This document shows positions 12,619 to 25,968 of a DNA stretch of 60,000 nt, piece by piece. This stretch comes from Lama glama (taxonomy: Eukaryota), in the NCBI GenBank assembly GCA_028534125.1, contig CM052816.1:7566001-7626000 (forward strand). The letters are read 5' to 3'. Below the pieces are notes generated by a model. It made no database searches. It saw only the letters and a program-made list of their open reading frames with translations, and was not told the origin of the DNA. The first letter of the stretch is position 1; each line of letters begins with the position of its first letter. A program made the position numbers and the translations under genes.

Positions 12619-15145
12619 CTGGGGTTCTGAAACATTGGATATAAAACATGTATTCAGGCAATTTGAGAAGTGGGGTCTGGATTGCTCTGGGAGGGATCAG
12701 AGCCCCTCGGAAAGCCAGGGTAGATGGCGCCTCTGTGATTCGCTCCAGAGCTTCCCCGCGTTCTCAGAGGGGGGTGCTGTTGGCGCTCAGCCCCCTGAAC
12801 TGCAATCAGAACATCAAGTTCTGGAAGAAGTTTGCTTTCCATGTACACACGAGACGTGCACTCACAAGAGGCATACGTAAACTGCTGTCAGAGCTCAGAG
12901 CATTTTCCCGAAGACTTGGAGGCTCCTCCTCTGAGCCGTCCAGATGGGCCTGGGCTGCCGCCAGCAGCTGAAGTTTCCAGCAGCAAGGCCAAAGGAAAAT
13001 GCTTCCAGGCCACAAGTGCAGGTTGACGGGCTTCAGCTGACTTTCTGGGCCTCATGAGGTCCCTGTTTCTCTGCTGGCCTTGGAGCTCCCTCACGCTTTA
13101 CCCACACTGGCCCCCAGGCGTGAGGAAACCCAGAGCTGGCTCCTGGCCAGAGCCGGGGGGGAGCTGTGGGCGCCCTCTTGCCCCGTGGGGGGTTTCCATT
13201 TCCTGAGGAGAGCTGCAGTTCGTACCGAGGGCCCCTGGTTGTCAGGGAAACAGCAGGGTTTCCTCAAGCTCTGCAGTGAGCTCGCTGCCGTCTGCTCTTC
13301 ACTCCCAGCCCATCTCGTGTCTGTCTGCTGACTGATTTGGGGGACCAGGCAAACACGACAAAGCCTGCGCCTCACAGCTTCCTGCTAGTACCCTGAATGC
13401 CCCCACCTGCCGAGACCATGTCTCTGCCTGGCCTTGACCTAGTTAGGTCCTCTCCTGCAACATCCCTCCAAGGCAGGAAAGGGAAAGCCTGGGTCTTATA
13501 CTTGAGATAACCTTGAATGCAGAGATGAGCAATATGCCCAAGGTCACATAGCTAACCAGTGACAAAACCGACTTGAATCCAGGTCTGTCTGCCTGACTCC
13601 ACACCTGTGTTCTTCCACCATGTCGCAGGGTCTTCAGTGGCCCCAGAGTGAGAGCAGGATTATGTGCTGAGGACAACAGGGGCTCATTTCCCCTTAGATT
13701 TTTTTTTTTTTGGTAGGGGGATTGATATTTGAAGAACTAGGAAGCGCTGAGGTTAAGTGTCTTCCTCGCTTCTACTCTCTTTTCTAGTTCAGCAACTTGT
13801 AGGTCTTACTAAATATAAATCTGACAGAGTTTGTTATTTCTGCTTTTAAAAAGTAATACATAGACATGGTTAAAAAAGATTAAAGCGTGCAATCTGGACT
13901 AGAATGGGAGGTGCTGGTCCTTTTTCTCCTCTTATCCTGAGAGGATCTTTTCTCTTCCATCTCTGCCTTCCTGCCCAAGCGCTCAGTCACCCAGCCCCTC
14001 CCTCTTCTCTTCCCCTTTCCAAACCAGTGACATCCTTTTTCGCATGTCTTTTTAGGTAAGATATCTTTGTTTCTTACTCCTTTGCTGTAGACCCTGTCCC
14101 TGACACCTCTTTCAGTGAGGTCTTGTGTCCTCTGTTTGTTCAGTCCCCACCCTGACCCATGACCTCTGTCCCATCAGAGAAAAAAAACCCAGTCTTTCCA
14201 GTGGCCTTCGGCACTGGTCCCCAACCCCCTCATCCTGCCAGTGCCCCCTCCCCATTCCCTGCCATCACATCAGCCACACTGAACTCCTTGACAGCACAGC
14301 CCCCAGGATCCACGTGGTTCATGAGACCCCTGACTGCTCCACCTGGGGTCACGCCCCTTGTCATTCTCTCCCAACCAGGCTTCATCGTTTGTTCTCAGTT
14401 TTTGTCGTATGCGTTTGTTACTCTTCCTCATTATAGAGTAAGCTCCAGAGAAGCTCATGTTTTAGAAAGTCTCTTTTATTCACTGTTGTATCCTCAGTTC
14501 CTAGAGCAGTGCCTAATCAGAGTAGTTGCTTAAGAAACCATATCCCTTCAGATAATTGCAACAGGTAACCTGGAGCCCCTTGAGTGCTTGTCTGCAGACC
14601 TGGAACCATTCTTGGTGACTTGGGATGAGAGCACACCAGGTGCAGATGGCGTGGACTCTGGGATCTAGATGTTGAATTCAGTTTTAAGCTGCATGATCTT
14701 GGGCAAATTATTTAACCCCCCTGAGCTCCCATCCTCTGTTTCCTCCTCCAGAAAAGGGGAATCTGATTCTGGGAAGGATTGCTAAGAGGATTAAGTGAGA
14801 CAGCATCCGGGAAAGCATGGCCTGGAGGAATGTCATGCTGGTCAGTGGTCGTGCTTTCTCTCCCTCTCAGTTTCAAGTCCCTTTCCCATCCTGGTGTGAG
14901 CGTCTGGACACCAGCTAGTCCTTCCATTGTCCTCCGGAAAAATCTGGCCCTGAGCCAGGTCTTTGGATGTGATTTAACCTGAAGGGCTGGCAGCAGCTAG
15001 AAAACAGCAGGGGTAGCAAACTCTCCCTTGGGAGGAAGGAAGGATGAAGGAATTGAGGGGAAAGTATGGAGGGGAGCAGAGTGCAGGGAAATCTCATGGC
15101 TTTCCTTTCTCCACAGTGTTTTGTGCTGCTGCAGAACCTGAGACC

Positions 15146-15163
15146 ATGGCCAAACCAGCACAG
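15146..15163 (+). CDS. ANXA6: ANXA6 exon 2, start codon (MAKPAQ); exon spans 15117-15163
   Basis: ctccacAG acceptor 15115-15116; Kozak accATGg; CAG|gtaagg donor; MAKPAQ is the ANXA6 N-terminus. Confidence 0.95.
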
Positions 15164-15296
15164 GTAAGGAGCCTCTCCCCTCCTGAAGTACTTCTCTGGG
15201 ACTGGGCTCCTCCTAGAGTCACTGGGCCTGCTGTACAGATCCCTGATTCCTTCAGTATGAAAGGAGCTGGAGGGGTTCTCAGGCTTTGCTCATTCC

Positions 15297-15752
15297 TGTT
15301 ACAAGTCACAGCTCTTTCAGATGCAAGTGGCCAGTAACAACACACAACATCCTAAGCAGAAAGGATGTGTACTGGTGCACATGACTGAGAAGTCCAGGGC
15401 TTCAGGTCTGGCTGGATCCAGGGGCCCACATGATATTGTCAGGATTCTGCCTGTATGAACTGGGCTTCCTCTGGGTGGCTTTATTCTTGGGCAAGTTCTT
15501 CCTTCATTTATCATGCTAGCCACCAGAATCTCCAGGCTTCCATTCTGTTTCTTGGGCAGCCTACAGAAAACAACATAATTTATTCCAAATGATTCCAGGA
15601 AAAGTCCTGGGTTTGGTTTCACTGGCTGGGCCTGGGTAATTTGGATCCAGGCAGTGGAGTTGGTCCCACCAGAACTGCATGGCTGAAGAGTGGTTGCCCC
15701 AGGAAGGGAGATGGATACTGAACAGGCAGAAGCAGTAGAGGGTCCTCTCTGC
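15297..15752. mobile_element. MaLR LTR relic (MLT1J/K-like)
   Basis: gatgcaagtggc...gcttcaggtctggctggatccaggggc...gggagatggatactg resembles MLT1J/K. Confidence 0.6.
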
Positions 15753-16975
15753 TCTGGAGGCAAAAATGTTCCCCGTCACATGCATTTGGGATTAAGTTTC
15801 CCAACTTGGGAGACCCCACCCCCCACCCCCCAGCTTTCATGCTCTGTGAGCACTTTGCTGGGCTGTAGAACTTGAGGTGTATCGGAGCTTTTACTCCTGT
15901 GTGTGGCCAGGATTAGGTTCTGTCCTTGGTCAGAGCTGTCATTCTGTGCCAGGTGAGAGTGATCCCTGTTGTCTGGCCTTAGAGAAACAGACGTGGTCAC
16001 TGCAGTGATGGAGCTGAAAAGGGGAAGTATAACTACGGGGCGCCTGACTTGGCCCCTTTGGTCCCTCACGTCAGTCGCACAGCTGTTGTCCACAGATACA
16101 GTACAGGAGCTGTGTGATCTTGGGTGAGTTCTTAACCTTCTCTGGGGTCCCAGTTTCCATTACGAGGTGGTTGAGCGCAGTGATAACTAAGCTTTGTCCC
16201 CATCTTCATGACTTGACACCCTATGAACAAGAGCCTTAAGGACATCTATTGACACTGTCTGAAGCGCACAGTGTGTTATGTGATACAGGGTCCATACTCA
16301 CGAGTCTTACCGACGGCCCCCTATCAGCCTCTGAGGAGTGTACTTTGCGCCAGTGGCCTCTCTGACCAGGAGGAGAGTGCTAGTGCTTATGAGCAGAGAA
16401 GTAAGGCATAAATCTTGCTGCTCCCCATTTCCCATCTGTAATCATCCCAAAGCTACTTCTTGAGAGGCATTCGAATTGCAGGGTTCTGCATGACCCAGGT
16501 GGACAGATCAGGCTCTGGGAGACCAGAGTGGCCAGAACCTAGGGTGCAGACCTCTGGACTCCCACTCCAGTGCTCGCAGACCATGCTGTCTGCCTGGCTG
16601 ACCTGTGGTTTCTTGTTGCCATAGACCAGGGGCCAGTAGATATCCTAAAAGCAAGAGTCCCAGGGTGTCAGGGCTTTAGGGGGTCCCTTGTCCGTAAGGC
16701 TGAGTTGGTTGTATTGGATCCCCCCCATTCCCAGTGCTGATGTTCTGGTTGGGCCAGTAAAGGAGCCCTGGGGGCACACAGGTTGAGGGAACAGGGAAAG
16801 CTGCCTGGAGTGAGTGACTCCGGGAAGAGCAAGAGGGCTGAGAGTGGGCTAGGTAGAGGGGATGCTGGAACAGAGTGCCAGAGGAGAGAAAACGTAGTGT
16901 GTTCAGGGCAGTAAAAGCAGTCTGGATGCTTGGAGTGCAAGGGTTGGAGTAGGGAGGAGGATACTGAAGACAATA

Positions 16976-17408
16976 CAGATCTTCCTCGACTTACAATGGG
17001 GGTTACGTCCCCATAAACCAGTTAAGAAAACATCATTAAGTCAAAATGTATTTAATAGACCTCACCTACTGAACAGCATAGCTCAGCTTCACTTTCCTTA
17101 AATGTGCTTAGAACACTACGGTAGCCTGCCATCGTGCATGAAAAACAGAGTGGTTGTATGGGTACAGAATGGCTGTCAGTGTATCGGCTGTTCACCCTCA
17201 CGATTACGTGGTTGACTGGGAGCTGCACCTCACTGCCCCTGCCCCTCACTGCCCCTGCCTAGTGTCCTGGGAGAGGATTGCACCGCGGATCGCTAGCCCA
17301 GGAAAAGGTCAAATTTCAAAACTGGAAGAACGGCTTCTGCTAAATATGTATTGCTCTTGCTCCATCATAAAGTTGAAAAATTATAAGTCAAACTATCACC
17401 AGTCGGGC
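16976..17408 (+). mobile_element. MER47B/Tigger5-like TcMar-Tigger DNA transposon relic
   Basis: TA|cagatcttcctcgacttacaatggggg terminus; internal gaaaaacagagtggttgtatgggtac and gctagcccaggaaaag. Confidence 0.8.
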
Positions 17409-17513
17409 TGTGCTAGAGAAGTGTGAGAAAGGTCTTCCTTCCCCTGAGGTGAAGTTTGTGATGAATGCTCCCAGTCATTAGCTTCCCACTTCTGCTCATA
17501 ATGTGTCCTCTTC

Positions 17514-17516
<3 letters not shown>

Positions 17517-17554
<38 letters not shown>
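17517..17554. repeat. (AC)19 microsatellite
   Basis: Read directly. Confidence 0.97.
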
Positions 17555-17556
<2 letters not shown>

Positions 17557-20446
17557 ACAGAACAAGTCGCTCCCTCGTTTCTCTGGGCCAGATCACCCTC
17601 CACCTACTTCTACTGTGGTAACTGTGTTATTTTCCCTATCTTTCCCTCCAGAAGGGGGTAGCTGGAGGCCCAAAGATGTAAAGAAATGGTGCGGTGCCAT
17701 AGGATGGGCTGGAAGCATGGCTCTGCGGCCTCTGTTTCACAGGGATGTTCTGGGTTTGAACGTGAGGATGGGCATCAGAACACTTTAGGTACAGGGCAAG
17801 GGGGGCAGGTGCTGGTGCCTGGAACTCCAGGCGTGGCAGAGATGAGACCTGGGTCTGGCCAGGTAGAGGCAGCTCTTTGGTAGAGTCCTGGCCAGGCAGC
17901 CATCTCTCTGGGTCATGTCGCTTCAGCTCCCAAGACGCCTCAGGACTCCTGCTCTAGCAGCGGCCTGGGTGGGGCCCAAGACCTCGGAGCCCCGGGGTCC
18001 AGGCTGCTCACCAGCTGGCATCTGGACCTGCTGAATATTTCAGGGCGGAAAGTCCCTTCTCTGCTCACCCCTCCCCTCCATCACCGGTACTTGAGGCCAG
18101 GAACCTGTCTGCCAGGGGAGTGGCAAGCAGACGGGGTGAGGAGAAGTGGGGACAGCTGCACAGGTGGTGCTTGGAGGTGCAAAATTCACTGATTTGGTGT
18201 GACACTGACCGATGATGGGAAACCTGGGTGATTTCAAGGACTGTCTCTACATCTCTAAATGTGACCAGTGCTGAGGCCCCCTGCACCCCCTCCTCCTGTG
18301 CCTGTGATCCTGGGATAACTAGTCTGGCAGGTAGCCTCCTAGAAGATTTTATTATCGTTGTGCTAAGACCCACGTAGTGGGGAGGCTGCCTTGCTGCTGG
18401 CCAAGCTGCTAAGGAAACGTTTTGATCGAGCATTGTGTCAGCAGTTAGACTTCCTTTCCTCCAGCATGGCTCTGCCTTATCTTCTTTCAGCTGCAGCTTC
18501 TTCCCCAAACCCTGCCTCCACCCCTGCACTGGGTGAGGAGAGGGGAGGGGAAGGAGAAGCAGCGAGGGGAGGGTGTCAGCTTGCTGCTGGGACCTCTGCC
18601 CTTCCTCCTGGGGCTACGCTTTCATCTTCTCCTCCGCTCCTCCTGCCCTCCTGACCACTTACAATCCCACGAACTTGGCGACTTTGGGTGACTTTGGGCA
18701 TCTGGATGAGCCCTGGAGAATCTGGGCTGGCTTCCCTGAATGTTCTTGCTTGCTCTTGGCTCCAGGCCTTGGCCATGCTGTGTGCTCTGTCTGAAGCCCT
18801 TTCCTTCCCTCTCCCACCCACTGGGCCAGCTGTTACTCATCCCTTAGGGCTCAGCTTAGACTTCCCCTCCAGGAAGTCTTCTTTGATACGCTCAGGGTAT
18901 TCATAGTCTCGTCTCCACCCATGCACCTGTCCACCCAGGAAACAGACAGTGAGTGCATGTCTCACTGTCCCGAGCTCGGTGCTGGGAACGCAGCAGTGAA
19001 CAAGACACACACTCATGGAGCTTTCTAAAGGGAGGATCTGTTTTCTGGTCCAAGTATTTGGCTTGTGTTACTCTTTCCTTCTCTGCCCAGGCGTGTGATC
19101 AGGTTGCAGGGGATTCACTGGTGGCGGGAAGAGGGCCATGTCCCTTTCTGGTCACCCGCCCTGTTAGAACTTTAAATAGCAACGAGGCACCCACGCGTGC
19201 ATACCTAGGAGGAGCCAGCAGTGGCGGATGTAAACCACGGAGCGTGCAGTGCGGGCCCTGGGAGACGTAGGAGATGGCCGGAGACTCATTTCACCCTTGC
19301 ACTTCTTACTCCTTTACGGCACGGTGATGTGCGCCATCCCACCCCTTCCGTGAGGCCTTCCCTGGTTCCCTCATCCAGCTGGAATCACCCTCCACTGTTT
19401 TCCCATGTTACTTTGCCTGTTACGTGGGGTATTTATTACACGCTCTATGCTAATTTGTATGCTAGTCTCTCCCCTTCACTGGGTCAGAAGCTCATGAAAG
19501 TCAGGCTCAGGTCCTCTTTGTTCCTGAGTCTTCAGCCCTTTGCACCGGGCCTGGCACAGGCTAAGTGCCCTGTCACTGTACTGTGTGCTCAGTGCCTTGG
19601 GCTCCAGCATCCTCAGCTCTCGTGGGCCCCATGCTTCTCGGGGCCATGAGGCTGACCGACATCTGACTTCTCTGTGAACCAGCCCATTGTGCATTCAGGT
19701 TCAATGTCTAAGATTCTCTGGCTCTGCCTCTCCCCGCCTTCACCTCAAGGACCCAGCCAGCTTGTCCTCAGATGCCAGTTCACGGCTCAGTTTACTGGCC
19801 CCAGAGGGGCAGCACCTTGTCTGGGCGTTGATTCTGAGGGTGGCTCTAGTCCCGTCGCAACTCCCGCCTCCCAGGCTGAGACTCCACCCTCGGAAGCCGG
19901 CAGCTGCAAGGTTTCTGGAGCTGGAGAGCAAAGGGGAACAGGCCAGAGATCTGGGTTCTGTGTGACCCCAGCAAGACGCGTCCCTTTGTGGGGCTTGGTT
20001 TCTTTATTTCTATGATAGAGATCATCTTAAGTGCTTCTACAAGATGGTAAAATAGTCGCACTTCATGGAGGTGAAAGGGCTTTGTGCTGGGGTGGCGGGG
20101 AGGTGAGAGTTGTTACTCTTGCAGGAACCATTTCCACCCCTTGTGCTCAGTTTGGCCTCTGTCTCTCCCGAGTCCTCGGAAAGCGGTGCAGAACCATGGG
20201 CTTGGCTGAGCCACCCTCCCGCGGGGAAGCGGCACCATCCTTGGGGCAGGTGCGGGCAGGAGGTCCAGGGAGAGTCCTCCGGATACCTGCCCGGGCTTCC
20301 TGTGGTCAGCGCTGCATGTTAGGGGCCGGGCGCTCAGCATGGACTCAGCCTCCGGGCAGGGCTGGGGGCGTGAGCTGGGGTTGGGGCTGAGAGCCCCGTG
20401 AGTTCGGGGCCAGGTCAGCAGCCCACCTGTGCTCTTCTCTCTGCAG

Positions 20447-20537
20447 GGTGCCAAGTACCGAGGCTCCATTCATGACTTCCCTGACTTTGACCCCAGCCAG
20501 GATGCCGAGACTCTGTACAACGCCATGAAGGGCTTCG
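20447..20537 (+). CDS. ANXA6: ANXA6 exon 3 (GAKYRGSIHDFPDFDPSQDAETLYNAMKGF-G)
   Basis: 91 nt, AG/GT boundaries, start of annexin repeat 1. Confidence 0.97.
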
Positions 20538-21246
20538 GTGGGTGCCGGCGCCGGGGGTGGGGCCTGCGGAGCAGGATTCACTGGGGCTCGGGGGTGTCCC
20601 CACATGTGGGCGCAGCCCAGAGCCCTTTCGGTCGTGGGGGATGAGATGGTGACACATACTCACTCATTCTTTGGTCTCCTCTTTTATTATTTTTCATAAT
20701 CTTAAAATGAACTATTCCAGACCAATAAAAAAAGATCTAAAGAGCAGTAGAAGCTTCACCTGTAGACCTGCCGTCCATCTTAAGAAGTAGCACTTGCTTG
20801 CTCATAGAGTTGAAACCTCTGTGGTTGGTCTCCCTCCTGATAACATCATCCTGCCGTTGCTCCCGGGGGTAACCACTGCCTTGAACTTGCTGCTTATTAT
20901 TCTCTTTTGTTTTCCTTGTCACTGAAAGAACCCCGTCCTATGTGTTAGGACACCTGGCTTTTTCTAAGCCAGGCCCATTGGGAGACCTTGGGTGAGTCCT
21001 GGCCCCTCTCTGCGCCTTGTTTTTCTTACTCACGTGATGAGGAGCTGATTCATGGGCCCTGCGAGCTCAGATACTACACATGTGCTAGGAACCCCTCAGC
21101 CGGGGCTTGTCAGATCCCCATAGATCCTCCCCTCCCACGCCGCTGCCTCACATGCACAGAAGGCTGATGAGGACTGTAGGGAGCAGCCTTGGCGGGCTTC
21201 CTGGAGGCAGATTGGGAGGGGGTGACAGGTGCCTCCCCTCTTCTAG

Positions 21247-21341
21247 GCAGTGACAAGGAGGCCATATTGGAGCTGATCACTTCCCGGAGCAACAGGCAGA
21301 GGCAGGAGATCTGCCAGAACTACAAGTCCCTCTATGGCAAG
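21247..21341 (+). CDS. ANXA6: ANXA6 exon 4 (SDKEAILELITSRSNRQRQEICQNYKSLYGK)
   Basis: 95 nt, AG/GT, frame continuous. Confidence 0.97.
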
Positions 21342-21900
21342 GTAACCATGGCAACCAGAGGGTTGTGGGATGGGGACGGGGGAGTGATTGCATTCACCTG
21401 TGTGTTCATCCAGGGCCTTTCTTGGAAATTTTACCCCAGGTCAGCCTCTGTGCCTTCACTTCTGCCTTCCTTTTTCCTTCTCTCAGTCAGGCAGGGACCA
21501 CTGAGCCACAGATAACATCTAGAGCACCGACTACATGCTGGGCGCTCTGCTAGGTCTTAGGGCTACACAGGTGAATAATACACGGGTGGGTGTCAACTCT
21601 GCAGACTCACAGATGGTGCAAGAGATGCACAATAAACAAGTAAACAACGGTGAGGAGGAGGCACAGTGCTGTGCACTTGGTCCTGCCGTTTGCAAGCTGC
21701 ATGCCTTTGGGCAAGTTACCTGGCATCTCTAAACCCATGTCTTAAGGGTGATGTTAATGCGTACCTCCAGGAGTGATGATTAAATGAGATTACTTAGCCC
21801 AGTGCCTGTACAGAGTAAGTGCTTGTTAAATGTAATTCTTATCATTATAACTGCTCTTCCCCATCCTCCTCCATCTCCTCCCCCCCGCTCCCCCGACCAG

Positions 21901-22014
21901 GACCTCATTGCTGACTTGAAGTATGAGCTGACGGGGAAGTTTGAACGACTGATTGTGGGTCTGATGAGGCCACCTGCTTATGGTGATGCCAAAGAAATGA
22001 AAGATGCCATCTCG
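21901..22014 (+). CDS. ANXA6: ANXA6 exon 5 (DLIADLKYELTGKFERLIVGLMRPPAYGDAKEMKDAIS)
   Basis: 114 nt, AG/GT. Confidence 0.97.
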
Positions 22015-22979
22015 GTAAGAGGTGTGGGTCTGCATGTGTGTTTGGGGTTGGGGAGTGGTTCATGGGGAGATTTCAGCCTCTACAGCAGGTCTTCAGTGAG
22101 CCCTACACACCCCTGGCGCGTGGGCCCTGCCTCATGAGGCAGCTTGCCCGCATCCCATCCCAGGGGCGTGCAGTCTCCTCCAGATGGACAGAGGTGGGAC
22201 AGACGTCTATGTGGGGCTCACACCTGCTCCCCCCAGCAGCTGACAGTCCTGAGGAAGCAGGATTCAGGGATGTGGAAACAGATTGTATCCAACACCCAAG
22301 GCCAAGGGCATCCTAAAGGAATTTAGGAGAGCACTCCCTGGGCTAGGGTGGCTGGAAAGGGCGTCACAGAAGATGAGAGGATGGCTCTGGGCCCAAAGGC
22401 TGGAGAGAATTTGGTTGGTTAGAGTGGGCAGGTCATTGCAGATTGGAGAGGAGATGGCAGGAGTTGGGGTGGGGGTGTGTTCAGGATATGAGCAGCCAGC
22501 TCAGTCTGGTGGAGTTGGAGAGTTGCTCCCTACAAAGCAGGGAGAGATCAAAAGCCTTTGAGTGTACTGAGCACTTTACAGTTTCTAAAGTGCTATGACC
22601 CTTGCCTCAGATGAGCTATTAAACATGAATTTGTTTCACAAACTAATAAATTAGCAGTGTCAGAGATGATTACCTTCTCAATCTTCATGTGAGTTCAGCA
22701 GAGCAACTAGTGTCATCTCCATTTTACAGATGTGAAAACTGAGGCCCAGAAAGATACAGTTTTTTATGAAAGGTTATAAAGCAAACTGCAGGCAGATGCG
22801 AACCTAGAACCCATGTCTTTTGATTCTCTGGGCAGCAGCTCCAGATCGGTGCCTGAGAGCTCTGTTCGGAGCCCCCTGTGTGCTGGGGATTTCCTAGCTT
22901 GGCCACCCCAGGTTCCCACCTCGCGGCAGGTGGCCTCCCATCCTAGCCCTTGACTCACATGGCCCTTCTTTTCTCTCAG

Positions 22980-23070
22980 GGCATTGGTACCGATGAGAAG
23001 TGCCTCATTGAGATCTTGGCTTCCCGGACCAATGAGCAGATCCACCAGCTGGTGGCAGCATACAAAGATG
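22980..23070 (+). CDS. ANXA6: ANXA6 exon 6 ([30 protein letters not shown])
   Basis: 91 nt, AG/GT, GxGTDE endonexin motif. Confidence 0.97.
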
Positions 23071-23159
23071 GTAAGATGGGTGGGAGGGGCCATGCAGGTT
23101 TTTCACATACTGTATGAGGGTGATTGCAAGAGTAGGGATCTTAAGACTCTATCCATCCA

Positions 23160-23790
23160 TCTTTCCTTCTTCCCTCTGATCTGTCCTTCCATCCATCTGT
23201 CCATCCAGTAAGTTCCAGCTCTGTGCTGGGCAGTGTGCTAGGTTCTCAGGATACGATGGTCCCTGTGTAGTCCCTGCCTCTGAGAGCTTCTAGATTAATG
23301 AGGTAACGGGGGATATAGACAATTAAAGAGGCAAATAAAGAAACATGATGATGACACGTTGTGGTGAAGAGTTATGAAGGAAACAGATGAAAAAACAAAC
23401 ATCAGGCTTTAACTGGGGAGGATGTGATTCAGACAGGTGATCGGGGAAGCCTGTCTTGGAAGGAAATGAGAAGGAGCCAGCTGTATAAAGAGTGGGGAGA
23501 AGACCCAGGCAGGAGAGGGAACGGCAAGTCCAGATGCACTAGGGCACAGTGAGCCTGGTGTGCGGTGTGAGGCGAGAGCGGTGAGGGTGAGGCGGGGTCA
23601 CACGGGGCCTTGCAGACCAGGAGAAAGAGATGTGTATTCCAAGTCCCGCGGGAAGCAGGGGAGCCCATGATCACTATGGGCTTTAAGATGGTCGCTCTTG
23701 TTGCTGTGGACTGGAGAAGCAGAGAGAACAGTCAGAAGGCTATAGGCACTGTCCACGTGAGTGATGGCCGTGTCCGGAGTCAGACGGCAT
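23160..23790 (-). mobile_element. LINE L2 fragment
   Basis: tccatccatc...gggcagtgtgctaggttct...gtccctgcctc...gaaatgagaaggagccagc resembles antisense L2. Confidence 0.6.
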
Positions 23791-23995
23791 AGGTGGGCAT
23801 AGAGAGCAGTGGGCAGATTCCAGTTCAGTACAAAGAACTGTGAAAATACACCCTGGGTCATGCCATGGCCATCCTGGGGACTGGGTTTCGGGATTTGTAA
23901 CAAATACCTGATCATTTTCGGGGCAGCAGGGACCATTCTCCTGGGTCCCTGGGGTGTCCTGGGGATGAGACTAAGGTTGTGTTCCTTCCCTGCAG

Positions 23996-24075
23996 CCTAT
24001 GAGCGAGACCTGGAAGCTGACGTCATTGGGGACACCTCCGGCCACTTCCGGAAGATGCTCGTGGTCCTGCTGCAG
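23996..24075 (+). CDS. ANXA6: ANXA6 exon 7 (AYERDLEADVIGDTSGHFRKMLVVLLQ)
   Basis: 80 nt, AG/GT. Confidence 0.97.
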
Positions 24076-25911
24076 GTTGGTCCACCCATCCCCAAGCTCT
24101 CTGCTGGGTTACTGAAGGCTGTGGACACCTTCTCCCTGTTTCCCTAGACAAGGGTGGCTTCTCGGGAGTAAAGTCCTCATTGTGGCTGTCCCTCCCTCTC
24201 TGCCCATTTGATTATCTTCAAACTTGAGATGGTTTCTCTCTGGCTTACCTGGGTGTAGAATCTGAGCATCCAGGGTCTCTTCTGTCCCCCATGGTTTGCA
24301 CCAGCAGGTGACTGCGTTTCCTTCCACACACCCTGTCTCTCTGTGCCCAGGAATATCCTTTCCTGTGTCCTCTTTCTCCACATGCACCCCTTCCCCCTCC
24401 TCTCCAGCCTCCCTCCTGCCATGGCTTCCCCAGCCACTACCTGTACCTGAGGACACCAGCAGGGGCGCCAGCAGGGCCGTGGCATTTCTGGGGCTGCCTG
24501 CCTTCCATCTCCTGCAGCCGAGCCCTGCTGCTCCCTCCCACCCAAGGAGGACGTAGAAAAAAGCCAAAGAGGCTGCACACTGGTGTCCACGGCTGGATTC
24601 CACTTGCCAAGTTGGGTTTTTTTTCCCCGTTGTTCATTTTCCCCACAATGTGTTTTTTAAAGAAACACTGAGTTTGTGGCTAACATTTAAAACGAGGGAG
24701 ATTTTGTTCGAAAACCAGATCTCTGGATTCTTTTGAATAATTGAAAGTTCTGGCAAGAGCAGGCCTCCCTTCTGCAGTGGCCTGGAGCACACCTCCCACC
24801 CTGCCAGTTCCCCTCTACCTGCCCGGCCCCGCAGGAGCGTCTGTGACTGCGGGCCTCATGGGAACAGGCACTGAGGTGTCTCAAGCCCTGCTCCAAGGAC
24901 CAAACCTTTAGAAAGGTTTATGTATGAATTAAGCCACCTCTTAATTTATGTATTCTTTCACTCCCTTCACCTCCCGCCACACACATGTGCCAGCAGCTGC
25001 TCCCAGTCCTCTTCCTCCCGTCACCGTAACAATCCACATTCCACATTAAGCAGCCGGGGAGTGATCAGGAGAAACTTCAGGAGTGGGAAAGTGTGACCTT
25101 TGCCCCCATTTTCGAAGCACATGTTCCAGACAGGAGTTCCAGCCCGTATCTCGGAGTCAGGATGTGGCCTCCTCAATATCTAACACCTTAGCGGGGACCG
25201 TAAGCGTGCCGGCTCTGTGACCTTAGGCTCAGTCCCAAAGAGAGCTGGGCGGGGGAGGGTTGAGATCCTGGAAAGCACATCCTGGGGAAGAGGAGATAAG
25301 CATAGGCTTGACCTCTTCTGCCCAGGTAGCCTAGGAGCCCAGGACGGCTGGCGCCTGGCCCCCTGGGATTCGCCTCTATCAGTGGGGCATCGGGTGTGGG
25401 TGGAGCGACAGGAACACCAGTAGTAGGATTTGGTGCCTTCACAGTTTGTGAGTTCAGATCCCAGGGCCCAGTTCTCACTGGTGAATTCTTTGAGTTAAGG
25501 TACAGGAGCCCCTAAGAGAATGCAGATATGCATACTTCTTTATCTCTTATATTGTAAGGGGCTTCGTGGGCCATGCCAGAACTTATGGCAGGAATCCTGA
25601 CCTCAGAGATGTTCTCAGTACAAGGCTCTGGGTCCTTTGGGATCGGGACACCTGGAAAGACCTTGGTTATTCTCAGGACTCCCCTGTTTGGTCCAGGCTC
25701 CAAGGATGAAGGGAGGAGCCAGTGGGAGGGACCCTATGGTTCCCTGCAGAATAGATGCTGCAGTCTTGATCCAGTAGCAGCTGAAAGTCACTTCTCCTGG
25801 ATGCTTCCGGGCTACCACGGCTTTCCCAGTCTCCCTTGTCTCTACCACTAGCACCCAGGCTTTCCCCTGGCTCTGGCATCTGAACCACATGTCCCTTGTC
25901 TCTCCGCCCAG

Positions 25912-25968
25912 GGAACCAGGGAGGAAGACGATGTAGTGAGCGAGGACTTGGTGCAACAGGACGTCCAG
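25912..25968 (+). CDS. ANXA6: ANXA6 exon 8 (GTREEDDVVSEDLVQQDVQ)
   Basis: 57 nt, AG/GT. Confidence 0.96.

Noticed and set aside
12021..12880. Long ORFs (203-284 aa) across gap 1
   Set aside because: Artifacts of translating N runs
24453..24469. CTCF-like accagcaggggcgcc
   Set aside because: One G short in the core, so it aligns poorly to the consensus
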